This document shows positions 21,632 to 30,268 of a stretch of 64,000 nucleotides of DNA, piece after piece. The translations under genes were made by a program, and so were the position numbers. The first letter of the stretch is position 1; every line of letters begins with the position of its first letter. The DNA comes from Nitrospirota bacterium. Its GTDB lineage: Bacteria > Nitrospirota > Nitrospiria > Nitrospirales > NS-4. The stretch spans positions 1 through 64,000 of the forward strand of contig CAWBGA010000014.1 of assembly GCA_963788195.1 (NCBI GenBank), read 5' to 3'. The notes beneath the pieces were generated by a model. It saw only the letters and a list, made by a program, of their open reading frames with translations. It was not told the DNA's origin and ran no database searches.

Positions 21632-21714
21632 ATTCAACCGGAGGGCTCCCCCGGCCTGCTGTCCGAGCGGTTTTCCGCTCATGAAGCACGGCCGGGTGAG
21701 TTCCGCCGTTCTTT
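21632..21714 (+). other. attC-like imperfect palindrome, 83 bp
   Basis: ATTCAAC (RYYYAAC) ... GGGTGAGTTCCGCC-GTT, with paired arms CTCCCCCGGCC/GGCCGGGTGAG and GAGCGG/CCGCTC. Confidence 0.5.
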
Positions 21715-21723
21715 GCGGCGTCC

Positions 21724-22908
21724 TTACGCCTGCGGAGCGCGGACCAGGCCGGCGCCTATATCGAACGGATCAATTCCAGGGATCAGGCCATCGATAATGG
21801 CTGAGCCGATGACTCGGCCCGTCAGTTGCATAACGCTCAACGATGATGTTGCCTTGATCTTCTGAGCCCAAAGAGCGGCGACGCCGGCAACGTGAGGAGT
21901 CGCCATGCTGGTTCCACTCATCATTTGCAAGCCACCGCCAGCTTTGGCAGAAACGATCCCGACGCCGGGTCCGGAGACGTTGGCCCCCGTGTTTGAGAAG
22001 TGAGCAACGATCAACCCTTGATCACTCTGGCCAAGAGCTGCAACCGAGATGATACCTTCCGATACCGCCGGCGGACTTACCGTGATCTCAAACTCCGGAT
22101 TTTCGTCTCTTCGGCTCTCGTTGCCTGCGGCGGCGACGATCACCGTTGTCTGCCCAAAGGCGCCCTGAGCTCGGATGAGTGAGGCGAGACGTTCGAAGAG
22201 TTGAACGTTCGCTCGATAGCCCTCAAGCGCGCGTGAGGTCGCAAGAGCGGGCGGAAAATCCGCCTTTATCAATTCCTCCACGAGTCCCGGAAAATCGATG
22301 CCCAGCGACATGGAGACCACGTTCGCGCCATTCTCCACGGCCCATTGAATCGCGCTGACAATACTTTCACTGGATCCGCCTTTAGCACCCAGCACCTTAC
22401 CGATCAATGCCTTCTGTACGCCTGGCGCGACCCCGATCCGCGTGCCATTGGTTGTTCTGCCGAAAATCGTCCCCGCACAATGGGTACCGTGCCCATGCTC
22501 ATCATTGTCCCCCTCGCCTGTAAAATCTTTCCGAACGAGGTTCACGCCTGTAAAAGCCGGGTGTGAGGCGTCAATACCGGTGTCAAGCACGCAGACTACG
22601 ATGCCGTCTCCAGAAAAAGGCGACGTGTCTGCAGCTACAGCTTTCACACCCCAGGCCAGTGGATCGGCGCTAGGCTGTGTTACGGCTCGGCTCTCAACCG
22701 GAGCAACAAGCTTCATCGGCACGACGGGAGCGATCGCGAGGACTTCGGTATTGCGTGCCAATGCAGAGATCCGGTGTCTATCGATATCATCGACCTCGAC
22801 AGCGATGCCGGCAGCGAGTGATTCCACTGAGGCGGCCGGTGACGGTCCAAGAAATACCCCCCGGGTAGCTGAACGGGTGCTGCGTAGAATAATATGTTTC
22901 TGTTTCAT
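21724..22908 (-). CDS. S8 (subtilisin-like) serine protease without an evident signal peptide
   Basis: Catalytic triad in VLDTGID, HGTHCAG, GTSMATP; AAAGN. Confidence 0.95.
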   Translation of the reverse strand: MKQKHIILRSTRSATRGVFLGPSPAASVESLAAGIAVEVDDIDRHRISALARNTEVLAIAPVVPMKLVAPVESRAVTQPSADPLAWGVKAVAADTSPFSGDGIVVCVLDTGIDASHPAFTGVNLVRKDFTGEGDNDEHGHGTHCAGTIFGRTTNGTRIGVAPGVQKALIGKVLGAKGGSSESIVSAIQWAVENGANVVSMSLGIDFPGLVEELIKADFPPALATSRALEGYRANVQLFERLASLIRAQGAFGQTTVIVAAAGNESRRDENPEFEITVSPPAVSEGIISVAALGQSDQGLIVAHFSNTGANVSGPGVGIVSAKAGGGLQMMSGTSMATPHVAGVAALWAQKIKATSSLSVMQLTGRVIGSAIIDGLIPGIDPFDIGAGLVRAPQA

Positions 22909-23245
22909 AGGACCTCCTTCTAGTTCGAAGCATGCCTGTTTCCGTATCCTTCAACAGCAGTTCTGCACCTCAAGTTGCAATGTGCTTGCCAAGGCCTGAG
23001 TTAGAAGTCCTGCCGAGTTTCTGCCCGATAAAAGCCATCAAACGGCGTTTAGGTTTAAGAACAGAAGCCACAAGGAGAAATCTAGAATGGCTCTGTATCC
23101 AACCGGACAAGAACCCGTATCGTTATGGATAATGCAACAGGAGCGTCGGGTGGGTAGATGTGAAAACAGGGACGCCTCAGTGTGTCGTAGAGAAAGGCGA
23201 TGAGCCTAGGTAGCAGAGCGTGAGCGTGGCACGTGAAGCCGTGCT

Positions 23246-24097
23246 TTACTGTGCGGCGCGACTAGACGTGCTAAGATTCTTTATATCCATAACGCACCGA
23301 AAACCCAGCCAAGTGGCACCCGATTCTGAATCTTCAGGAGCCCATCGCACCGATACTCGGACGTCGCCGATTGGATTGAGAAATGATCCTCCTTTCATTA
23401 CTTTGCCTGTCGACACTTGGTCATTCGGCCATGCGCTGGAAGTTAATTCCCACACGTTACCTGCCATGTCGCTAACATCATAGAAACTATTGCCGGCAGG
23501 AATAGACCCCACCTTGACTGGGGATCGAGCTCCAGCCTTGCGCCCATTGTATTTCTTGTCATCTGGATCATTTCCCCAAGGCCATATTCGCTTGTCAGTA
23601 CCGCGCGCTGCCTTTTCCCACTCCTTCTCGGTGGGCAATCTCTTTCCCGCCCATTTACAGTAGAGGTCAGCATCGGTAAAGCCGACGCCTACTACCGGCT
23701 GTTCTGGCCCACTCAGTACCTTATTATTCGAATACTTTGGAAGACGGTATTTTTTTTCTTCTACAAACATTCCATATCGTTTATTCGTAACCTCATATTT
23801 GTCGATATAAAAATCGCCAATATTCATTTCTGTTTCAGGAAATTCATTGTCGTAAATGTCAGCCCACGAATGTTTGATTTGCTTAAGAGTATTCCGAATG
23901 GTGTCTCTATTCATGCCATAGACAAATCGTCCTTCTGGTATGAGAATCATTGGCGCGTTGTCCTTGATCGAGATAACTGTTCGCGACAGCGAAGGATCAC
24001 TCATACTCTGATCTTGGGTCACAAGGATACACGAAAGGCAAATACCTGTGAGGAGCTTGAGGGCTGAACGGTTTGGAAACACTTCGATTACGGGCAA
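23246..24097 (-). CDS. FGE-sulfatase (SUMF1-like) domain protein
   Basis: FYIDKYEVTN, PVVGV, KRLPTEKEWEKAARG, DMAGNVWE, LGFRC; start uncertain. Confidence 0.9.
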   Translation of the reverse strand: MPVIEVFPNRSALKLLTGICLSCILVTQDQSMSDPSLSRTVISIKDNAPMILIPEGRFVYGMNRDTIRNTLKQIKHSWADIYDNEFPETEMNIGDFYIDKYEVTNKRYGMFVEEKKYRLPKYSNNKVLSGPEQPVVGVGFTDADLYCKWAGKRLPTEKEWEKAARGTDKRIWPWGNDPDDKKYNGRKAGARSPVKVGSIPAGNSFYDVSDMAGNVWELTSSAWPNDQVSTGKVMKGGSFLNPIGDVRVSVRWAPEDSESGATWLGFRCVMDIKNLSTSSRAAQ

Positions 24098-24621
24098 ACT
24101 TCAGGTGCTAGAGTGACAAGGACAGTGGGCTGTGTCGCAACAACAGAACGAGCGATCTCTTCTTCTGAATTCTTCCGCACCCGTACCTCAAATTTATCCC
24201 GGAGGTTTTCCAAGGTGAAGATGCAACGGAATTCTCCATTCCTCACCTTCTTATAATCACAAATTGGCGTTTCCGTCTTCGGACGTATCATTACGAGCGC
24301 AACCTGTATATCACGAGCTGGAATACCGGGTCGCTCTTCTACAGTCGCGTTCAAATCTACCTCTACATCTTGAAAAATCTTGTACGTTAACCAGTAGTAT
24401 CCTGCTAATGGGAATACTGTGGTGAATAGACTCAGTACTAATAGGAAGGGAATTAAGCTTGTCTGTATTTCTAAATCCTTAAACCGTAGTTTTTCAGGGG
24501 TTTTCCCTTGTGCAGGTAACTTCTTGCCGCACCAGATTAACGCGATAACGATGAAGCTCAATACACAGCCTACAGCAGTAACTAGAGGTAGCAAAATAGG
24601 TCCTACTGTGTTTATGCTCAT
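24088..24621 (-). CDS. Hypothetical membrane protein (two TM helices plus a beta-rich domain)
   Basis: Two hydrophobic segments; overlaps the FGE gene; AT-richer than the flanks. Confidence 0.6.
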   Translation of the reverse strand: MSINTVGPILLPLVTAVGCVLSFIVIALIWCGKKLPAQGKTPEKLRFKDLEIQTSLIPFLLVLSLFTTVFPLAGYYWLTYKIFQDVEVDLNATVEERPGIPARDIQVALVMIRPKTETPICDYKKVRNGEFRCIFTLENLRDKFEVRVRKNSEEEIARSVVATQPTVLVTLAPEVCP

Positions 24622-24845
24622 TACTATGCACTCTCGCTACAGGTGATTATTGAGACCTACCAAGGTCAAAGTATAGGGAAGATCAAACGACTTGTCTCTC
24701 GGTGAAAACCCCATGCTTCCGCACATTTCAGCAGGGACGTTTGCGGATCACTGCCGACCATAGAAACTATATGGGCTTGTAACAAACTCAAGACATTCCA
24801 CAAAATGATCAAACAATAACTGGACTCTGATCCAGGTTAACAGTC

Positions 24846-25151
24846 ATGTCGCTTGAACGATCGTCTCATTTACCCGGCGGGTTTCAGATCAGGCACCGTA
24901 CGCTTGGAATTTTTCAGGGGAGCGCGATTGAGCTGGCATTTTGGCAGCCGTCCTCCGGGATGCCTGAATATGGCTTGTGCCGGTTCCCGACGGAAGAGAA
25001 GGCACAGGCGTTAATCGAATTTCTCTGTTCACCTGACTGTACGGAGTCGATAAACCGCGCTGACCTGACAATTGAACCTTACGATCTCGCCGAACATGAA
25101 CGGCTCATCAGCGAGCATCCGTTGCCTTCTGCCTGGGAAACACCTTCCTGA
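24846..25151 (+). CDS. Hypothetical protein
   Basis: 101-aa ORF filling an intergenic gap; no motif recognised. Confidence 0.5.
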   Translation: MSLERSSHLPGGFQIRHRTLGIFQGSAIELAFWQPSSGMPEYGLCRFPTEEKAQALIEFLCSPDCTESINRADLTIEPYDLAEHERLISEHPLPSAWETPS

Positions 25152-25227
25152 GTCGAATTACTCCTTTATAGTTACAATCTAATTTTGATTGACCTGAAAA
25201 ATACTTCTCACATTAGAACAGCCTTTT

Positions 25228-25626
25228 TCACGGCAGTGCTTGACCTGTTGGACGCTCGATGAGCTCGATCTCATAGCCGTCCGGGGCATCGATGAAGATG
25301 AAGCGGTTGCCGGATGAGGTCGTGGTCGGGCCGTCGGTGATTTTCACGCCCTTTGAATTTAGCTCCTTCATCGTTTTCTCCAGGCTTTCCACCTGGAAAG
25401 CGAGGTGTACCAGGTCCTCCTGCACCTTCACTGGACCGCTTGGTGGAAAGCTTGCCAGCTCGATCAACTCCTCGCTGTTGGGGACCTTGAGGAAGGCAAG
25501 GTGCGAGCCACGAGGCGACGTCTTGCGCTCTACCACCTCCAGACCAAGCACATCCGTATAGAAGCGGATGGTCTGATCGATGTCGCTCACCCGCATTCTC
25601 GTATGTAATAGTTTTGTGACCTGCAT
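25228..25626 (-). CDS. VOC/glyoxalase family protein
   Basis: LLHTRMRVSD, FYTDVLG, HLAF, FIDAPDGYEIELIE. Confidence 0.92.
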   Translation of the reverse strand: MQVTKLLHTRMRVSDIDQTIRFYTDVLGLEVVERKTSPRGSHLAFLKVPNSEELIELASFPPSGPVKVQEDLVHLAFQVESLEKTMKELNSKGVKITDGPTTTSSGNRFIFIDAPDGYEIELIERPTGQALP

Positions 25627-25785
25627 GCTGGGATTCTGGGGAAACGGTTCAAAGCTGTCAATAAAAGAACCCGGTGACAGGCGTGTGGAGGCTAGTCCGC
25701 AGCTAAAATAAATCTGTCCCGCCTAACTTAGGCTTGAAAAAACGCTGCGAGATCGTTAGGAAGGTTCTGATGCAGGATTTAAAAA

Positions 25786-27231
25786 ATGGCTGAAGAGGTC
25801 CAACGCCCTCCTACGATCAGAACCAATATACCTCAGCGACTGGATCGTTTGCCTTGGTCACGCTGGCATTGGCTCATCGTGTCTGCTCTCGGCATCACCT
25901 GGATTCTTGACGGCCTGGAAGTCACGATTGTCGGCGCCCTTGGCCCTGTTCTTACGCACAAGGCTACCCTGAACTTAAGTCATAGTGAGGTTGGGTTGAC
26001 GGCTTCCGCCTACCTAGCCGGCTCTGTCGCCGGGGCCCTTCTATTCTCGTACCTGACGGATCGCCAGGGACGTAAGAAGTGGTTCATGATCACCCTAACG
26101 CTCTATTTAATTGCCACGGTCCTTACCGCTTTTTCATGGGACCTGTGGAGCTTCATGTTCTTTCGTTTTCTCACAGGCGCGGGAATCGGGGGCGAATATT
26201 CCGCGATTAACTCGGCCATTGACGAATTGATCCCTGCACATGCACGTGGACATACCGATCTGGCGATCAACGGAAGCTGGTGGTTAGGCACGGCAGCAGG
26301 CGCTCTCCTCAGCATCCCGCTCCTTAATCCGAACGTTATTTCCGAAACCCTTGGCTGGCGACTCTGTTTTCTCTTGGGTGCGATATTGGGGATCGCGGTC
26401 GTGTTGGTCCGAAGAAATCTCCCGGAAAGTCCTCGCTGGCTCATGACGCACGGAAGAGTGGACGAGGCGGACAGGATTGTTTCCGAGATCGAGGAAAGGG
26501 TGAAACGGGACAAAGGCATGGACTCCTTGCCCGAACCAGAAGGCCAAATTGAGCTCCACCCGAGGGCTCACGTGACATTTGTCACCGTTGCACGCGAGCT
26601 GCTACATACTTACCCCACGCGAACAATACTTGGTATTGCGCTGATGGTATCGCAATCGTTTCTGTACAATGCAATCTCCTTCACCTATCCCCTCATTCTG
26701 ACAAAGTATTACAACGTGCCGGACAGCAACGTAGGCCTCTATATCCTGCCCTTCGCCGTGGGCAATTTCTTTGGGCCACTTCTACTCGGCGGCCTGTTTG
26801 ACAGCATCGGGCGCAAACCCATGATCACCTTCACGTACGCCGTCTCCGGCATCCTGCTCGCTATTACAAGTTATTTGTTTTTACTAGGACACTTAACCGC
26901 CGTGACTCAAACGTTGGCATGGTCGATCATTTTCTTCTTTGCATCCGCAGGCGCGAGCTCTGCGTACCTGACAGTAAGCGAGATTTTTCCGTTGGAAATC
27001 CGTGCCATGGCTATCGCATTCTTCTTCGTCATCGCCCAGGCGGCCGCTACGTTTGCGCCATGGTTCTTTGCAAAGCTGATCGAAACCTCCACCGTCAGTA
27101 TTTTCTTTGGGAATCTCGTCGGTGCAGCTTTTATGATCGGAGGCGCCATCGTTGCCCTGCTTCTCGCGGTCAAGGCTGAGCGACAGCCGCTAGAGAATAT
27201 TGCCGCGCCCCTGTCGGCGCAAGCCGAATAA
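25786..27231 (+). CDS. MFS transporter (sugar porter-like)
   Basis: About 12 TM helices, TDRQGRK, GIGGEY, PESPRWL, SEIFPLEIR. Confidence 0.92.
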   Translation: MAEEVQRPPTIRTNIPQRLDRLPWSRWHWLIVSALGITWILDGLEVTIVGALGPVLTHKATLNLSHSEVGLTASAYLAGSVAGALLFSYLTDRQGRKKWFMITLTLYLIATVLTAFSWDLWSFMFFRFLTGAGIGGEYSAINSAIDELIPAHARGHTDLAINGSWWLGTAAGALLSIPLLNPNVISETLGWRLCFLLGAILGIAVVLVRRNLPESPRWLMTHGRVDEADRIVSEIEERVKRDKGMDSLPEPEGQIELHPRAHVTFVTVARELLHTYPTRTILGIALMVSQSFLYNAISFTYPLILTKYYNVPDSNVGLYILPFAVGNFFGPLLLGGLFDSIGRKPMITFTYAVSGILLAITSYLFLLGHLTAVTQTLAWSIIFFFASAGASSAYLTVSEIFPLEIRAMAIAFFFVIAQAAATFAPWFFAKLIETSTVSIFFGNLVGAAFMIGGAIVALLLAVKAERQPLENIAAPLSAQAE

Positions 27232-27262
27232 GAATTGGGGTCAGAGTCGATTTATGACACGC

Positions 27263-27334
27263 GGGGACAGGCAACTTTTCCGTCCATGAGGCGCCCGATG
27301 AACGCTGAACGATTCGGAAAAGTAGCCTGTCCCC
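27263..27334. repeat. 72-bp GGGGWCAG hairpin element, upstream of rtcB
   Basis: GGGGACAGGCAACTTTTCCG ... CGGAAAAGTAGCCTGTCCCC; 68/72 identical to 28621-28692. Confidence 0.92.
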
Positions 27335-27381
27335 CTGCTTCGCAATTTGCCGTGTTACACTAGTCTTAAAAGGAACAGACG

Positions 27382-28566
27382 ATGCCGATCGGTGGAGTGA
27401 TTTCAGAAGGACGCGTGCCGGTAAAGATCTGGAGCGACCTCGATCAGGTCGAGACGCAAGCCAGAGAACAACTGGTGAATGCCTCGAATTTACCGTGCGT
27501 CTTCAAACATATCGCGGTCATGCCGGACGTTCATGTCGGGATCGGCGCGACTGTCGGTTCGGTGATTCCGACGAAGGACGCGATCATCCCCGCCGCCGTC
27601 GGCGTGGATATCGGCTGCGGCATGCTGGCGCTGAAAACCCAGTACAGATCTTCGGTGCTGGAGGGCCGCCTCAAAAAGATTAGGGACAAAATAGAGGCCT
27701 CTGTGCCTGTCGGACCGACCTCTCATCGCTCCCCTCTCAAGGCAGCGCAAGCATGGGAAGGTTGGAAGGAAGCAGGCAATTGCCATCGCGCCGTTCAAGA
27801 CCTCATGACGAGAGCGCAGGCGCAGCTTGGGACTCTAGGCGGCGGCAATCATTTTATTGAACTGTGTCTTGACACCGAAGATGCCGTCTGGATCCTCCTG
27901 CATTCCGGCTCGCGCCACATCGGCAAATCCTTGGCGGAACGGCACATCAACCTAGCCAAGGGACTGCTGCGTCAAAGCCTGATCAGTCTTCCTGATCCGA
28001 ACCTTGCGTACCTGACAAAGGGCACGAAGGAGTTTGACGCGTATTGGCATGACCTGAAGTGGGCCCAGGAATATGCCTATCAAAACCGGCGCTTAATGCT
28101 CGATCTGGTGACCAAGGCCGTGCAGGAGGGGCTCGGCCGCCAGGAGCGGATCAAGTCGGAGTTGCTGGTAAACTGCCATCATAATTACGTCGCGCTGGAG
28201 CACCATTTCGGCGAAGATGTGTTTGTCACGCGCAAAGGCGCCGTCCGTGCGCAGCAAGGCGACTATGGAATCATTCCGGGCTCGATGGGGACGCGATCGT
28301 TCATTGTGAAGGGCAAAGGCAATCCCGAGTCTTTCAACTCGTGCTCCCATGGCGCGGGCCGCCGGATGTCGCGCACTGAAGCCAAGCGTAAATTCACGAC
28401 AGACGACCTGTGCAAACAAACCGCCGGCGTGGAATGTCGCAAAGACCAAGGCGTCGTGGATGAGATTCCCCACGCCTACAAGGACATTGCCACGGTGATG
28501 AATCACCAATCCGACCTCGTGGAGGTCGTCGCGGAGATCAAACAGGTGCTTTGCGTCAAAGGATAA
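27382..28566 (+). CDS. rtcB: RtcB RNA ligase
   Basis: MPDVH.G, VGVDIGCG, GGGNHFIE, HSGSR, HHNY, PGSMG, SHGAGR, DE.P.AYK. Confidence 0.96.
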   Translation: MPIGGVISEGRVPVKIWSDLDQVETQAREQLVNASNLPCVFKHIAVMPDVHVGIGATVGSVIPTKDAIIPAAVGVDIGCGMLALKTQYRSSVLEGRLKKIRDKIEASVPVGPTSHRSPLKAAQAWEGWKEAGNCHRAVQDLMTRAQAQLGTLGGGNHFIELCLDTEDAVWILLHSGSRHIGKSLAERHINLAKGLLRQSLISLPDPNLAYLTKGTKEFDAYWHDLKWAQEYAYQNRRLMLDLVTKAVQEGLGRQERIKSELLVNCHHNYVALEHHFGEDVFVTRKGAVRAQQGDYGIIPGSMGTRSFIVKGKGNPESFNSCSHGAGRRMSRTEAKRKFTTDDLCKQTAGVECRKDQGVVDEIPHAYKDIATVMNHQSDLVEVVAEIKQVLCVKG

Positions 28567-28620
28567 AAGCCGGCAACAGTGCGGGTCCTGTCGCCGAGTC
28601 ACCCTGACGTGCTCACAGAC

Positions 28621-28692
28621 GGGGACAGGCAACTTTTCCGTCCAGGAGGCGCGCAGTGAACGCTGAACGATTCGGAAAAGTAGCCTGTCCCC
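28621..28692. repeat. 72-bp GGGGWCAG hairpin element, downstream of rtcB
   Basis: Direct repeat of 27263-27334. Confidence 0.92.
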
Positions 28693-28753
28693 CTTTTCTT
28701 TGCTTTTACGAAACCTTCAAAACAAAGTCAAGACGGCCGGCAACACCGCAAGA

Positions 28754-29764
28754 TCAGTCCTGCATTGCGATGGCCAGAACACCGGCGCCCCGTATCGTGC
28801 CGGCCTTTAAGGCTTGCAGGGCGTGGTTCGCGTCGGACAGCGCGAATCGCTGAGTATGCGGGCGAATCGGAATGGCGGCGGCCTCGCGAAGCAGATCGAG
28901 CCCGTCCTGTTTCGTATTGGCCGTGACAGTTCGAAGCACACGTTCGCCGAACAGCTCGCGATCGTAATCAAGGGCAGGAATCGGGCTGAGATAGATCCCG
29001 GCGACCGCCAAGGTACCGCCTTTTTGCAGGGCGCGCAGCGCCGGGGGCACAAGATCACCGGCAGGGGCGAAGAGAATTGCGGCATGGAGTTTTTCGGGAG
29101 GCGTATCGGCCGCGCCGCCGACCCATACGGCACCAAGCTCGCGCGCTAACGCCTGATGTTCTTCACGGAGCGAGCAGACGAACACCGAGCATCCCCAGTG
29201 GCGGGCGACTTGGATCGTAATGTGAGCAGAGGCGCCGAAGCCGTACAAGCCCAAGCGCTGGCCGGGTTTTACGCCGCTTAAGCGCAACGCCCGATAGCCA
29301 ATGATGCCGGCGCACAGCAGCGGCGCCACTTCTTCATCGGTAAAGGCTGCAGGAACTGGATACGCGAACGACTCGGGCGCGACGGCATATTCTGCATAGC
29401 CGCCGTCCACGTCGTAACCGGTAAACCGGGCGGACGAACACAAATTTTCACGCCCACTTGTGCAGAATTCGCAACGCCCGCAGACGCGCTGCAGCCAGGC
29501 GATGCCGACGCGATCCCCTTCCTTGATCGTTCGGACATTACGCCCGACGCGGTCCACATAGCCAACCACTTCATGGCCGGGGATCACCGGCCGCTTGGCC
29601 GCCGGTAATTCGCCTTCGACGATGTGAAGATCGGTGCGGCAGACCCCGCAGACTTGTACACGGACCCTGACCTCATCGGCGGCCGGTTCCGGAGCGGGCA
29701 GGTCAGAGAAAGCTAACGGCTCGCTCGCTACATCACCCGTCTTAGTGAGCACCATCGCCTTCAT
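28754..29764 (-). CDS. Zinc-dependent alcohol dehydrogenase
   Basis: CGVCRTDLH, GHEVVG, CGRCEFC..GRENLC, GLYGFGAS. Confidence 0.95.
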   Translation of the reverse strand: MKAMVLTKTGDVASEPLAFSDLPAPEPAADEVRVRVQVCGVCRTDLHIVEGELPAAKRPVIPGHEVVGYVDRVGRNVRTIKEGDRVGIAWLQRVCGRCEFCTSGRENLCSSARFTGYDVDGGYAEYAVAPESFAYPVPAAFTDEEVAPLLCAGIIGYRALRLSGVKPGQRLGLYGFGASAHITIQVARHWGCSVFVCSLREEHQALARELGAVWVGGAADTPPEKLHAAILFAPAGDLVPPALRALQKGGTLAVAGIYLSPIPALDYDRELFGERVLRTVTANTKQDGLDLLREAAAIPIRPHTQRFALSDANHALQALKAGTIRGAGVLAIAMQD

Positions 29765-29776
29765 GATGGATCGCGA

Positions 29777-30268
29777 TCAAGGGCGGGGCAGATTTCTGAT
29801 ACCCGAACCTTCCTCAATCCGCCTCTGCTGACGGTAGTCCCGCTCATAATCCCGTTGGACCTGTTCCAGTCGGCGCTGCTCGGCAGCGTACTGCGCGGCC
29901 ATTTCCTCCCATCGGTCCAAGAACTCCGACTCTCGCTGTTTCAGACGCCCATCAGCCTCCTTAGGGCTAATTCCACCAGCCATCAATTCAGCCCTGACTT
30001 GCCGGCGATCATCCAACAACTGCTCCAATCCAGGTAACGGCGGATCGACCTCTACAAGTTTCTGATAAAAACGATCACGTGCCTCTATGGGAGGCATCTG
30101 ACCTGAATCCACCAACGCTCGCATCTCTTTGTACGCCCCCTGGAGCAAGACCACGGTCGGCTCGGAGGGCGGGAGCGGTTTTGCGGCGCAGCCCGAAGTC
30201 AGCGGAAGCCATACAATGAGAAGAGCAAACGCCCGCAGACTCTTTTGGAACACATCCCAGTTACGCAT
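29777..30268 (-). CDS. Hypothetical lipoprotein
   Basis: Signal peptide with TSGC lipobox-like site; helical body. Confidence 0.65.
   Translation of the reverse strand: MRNWDVFQKSLRAFALLIVWLPLTSGCAAKPLPPSEPTVVLLQGAYKEMRALVDSGQMPPIEARDRFYQKLVEVDPPLPGLEQLLDDRRQVRAELMAGGISPKEADGRLKQRESEFLDRWEEMAAQYAAEQRRLEQVQRDYERDYRQQRRIEEGSGIRNLPRP

Noticed and set aside
23080..23130. Further attC-like remnants (also near 18133, 20140-20175 and 25695-25735)
   Set aside because: Only partial resemblance, with no complete paired arms bounded by AAC and GTT
23195..23245. Fluoride riboswitch-like GGCGATG
   Set aside because: Downstream pairing and pseudoknot elements are absent, and there is no relevant downstream gene
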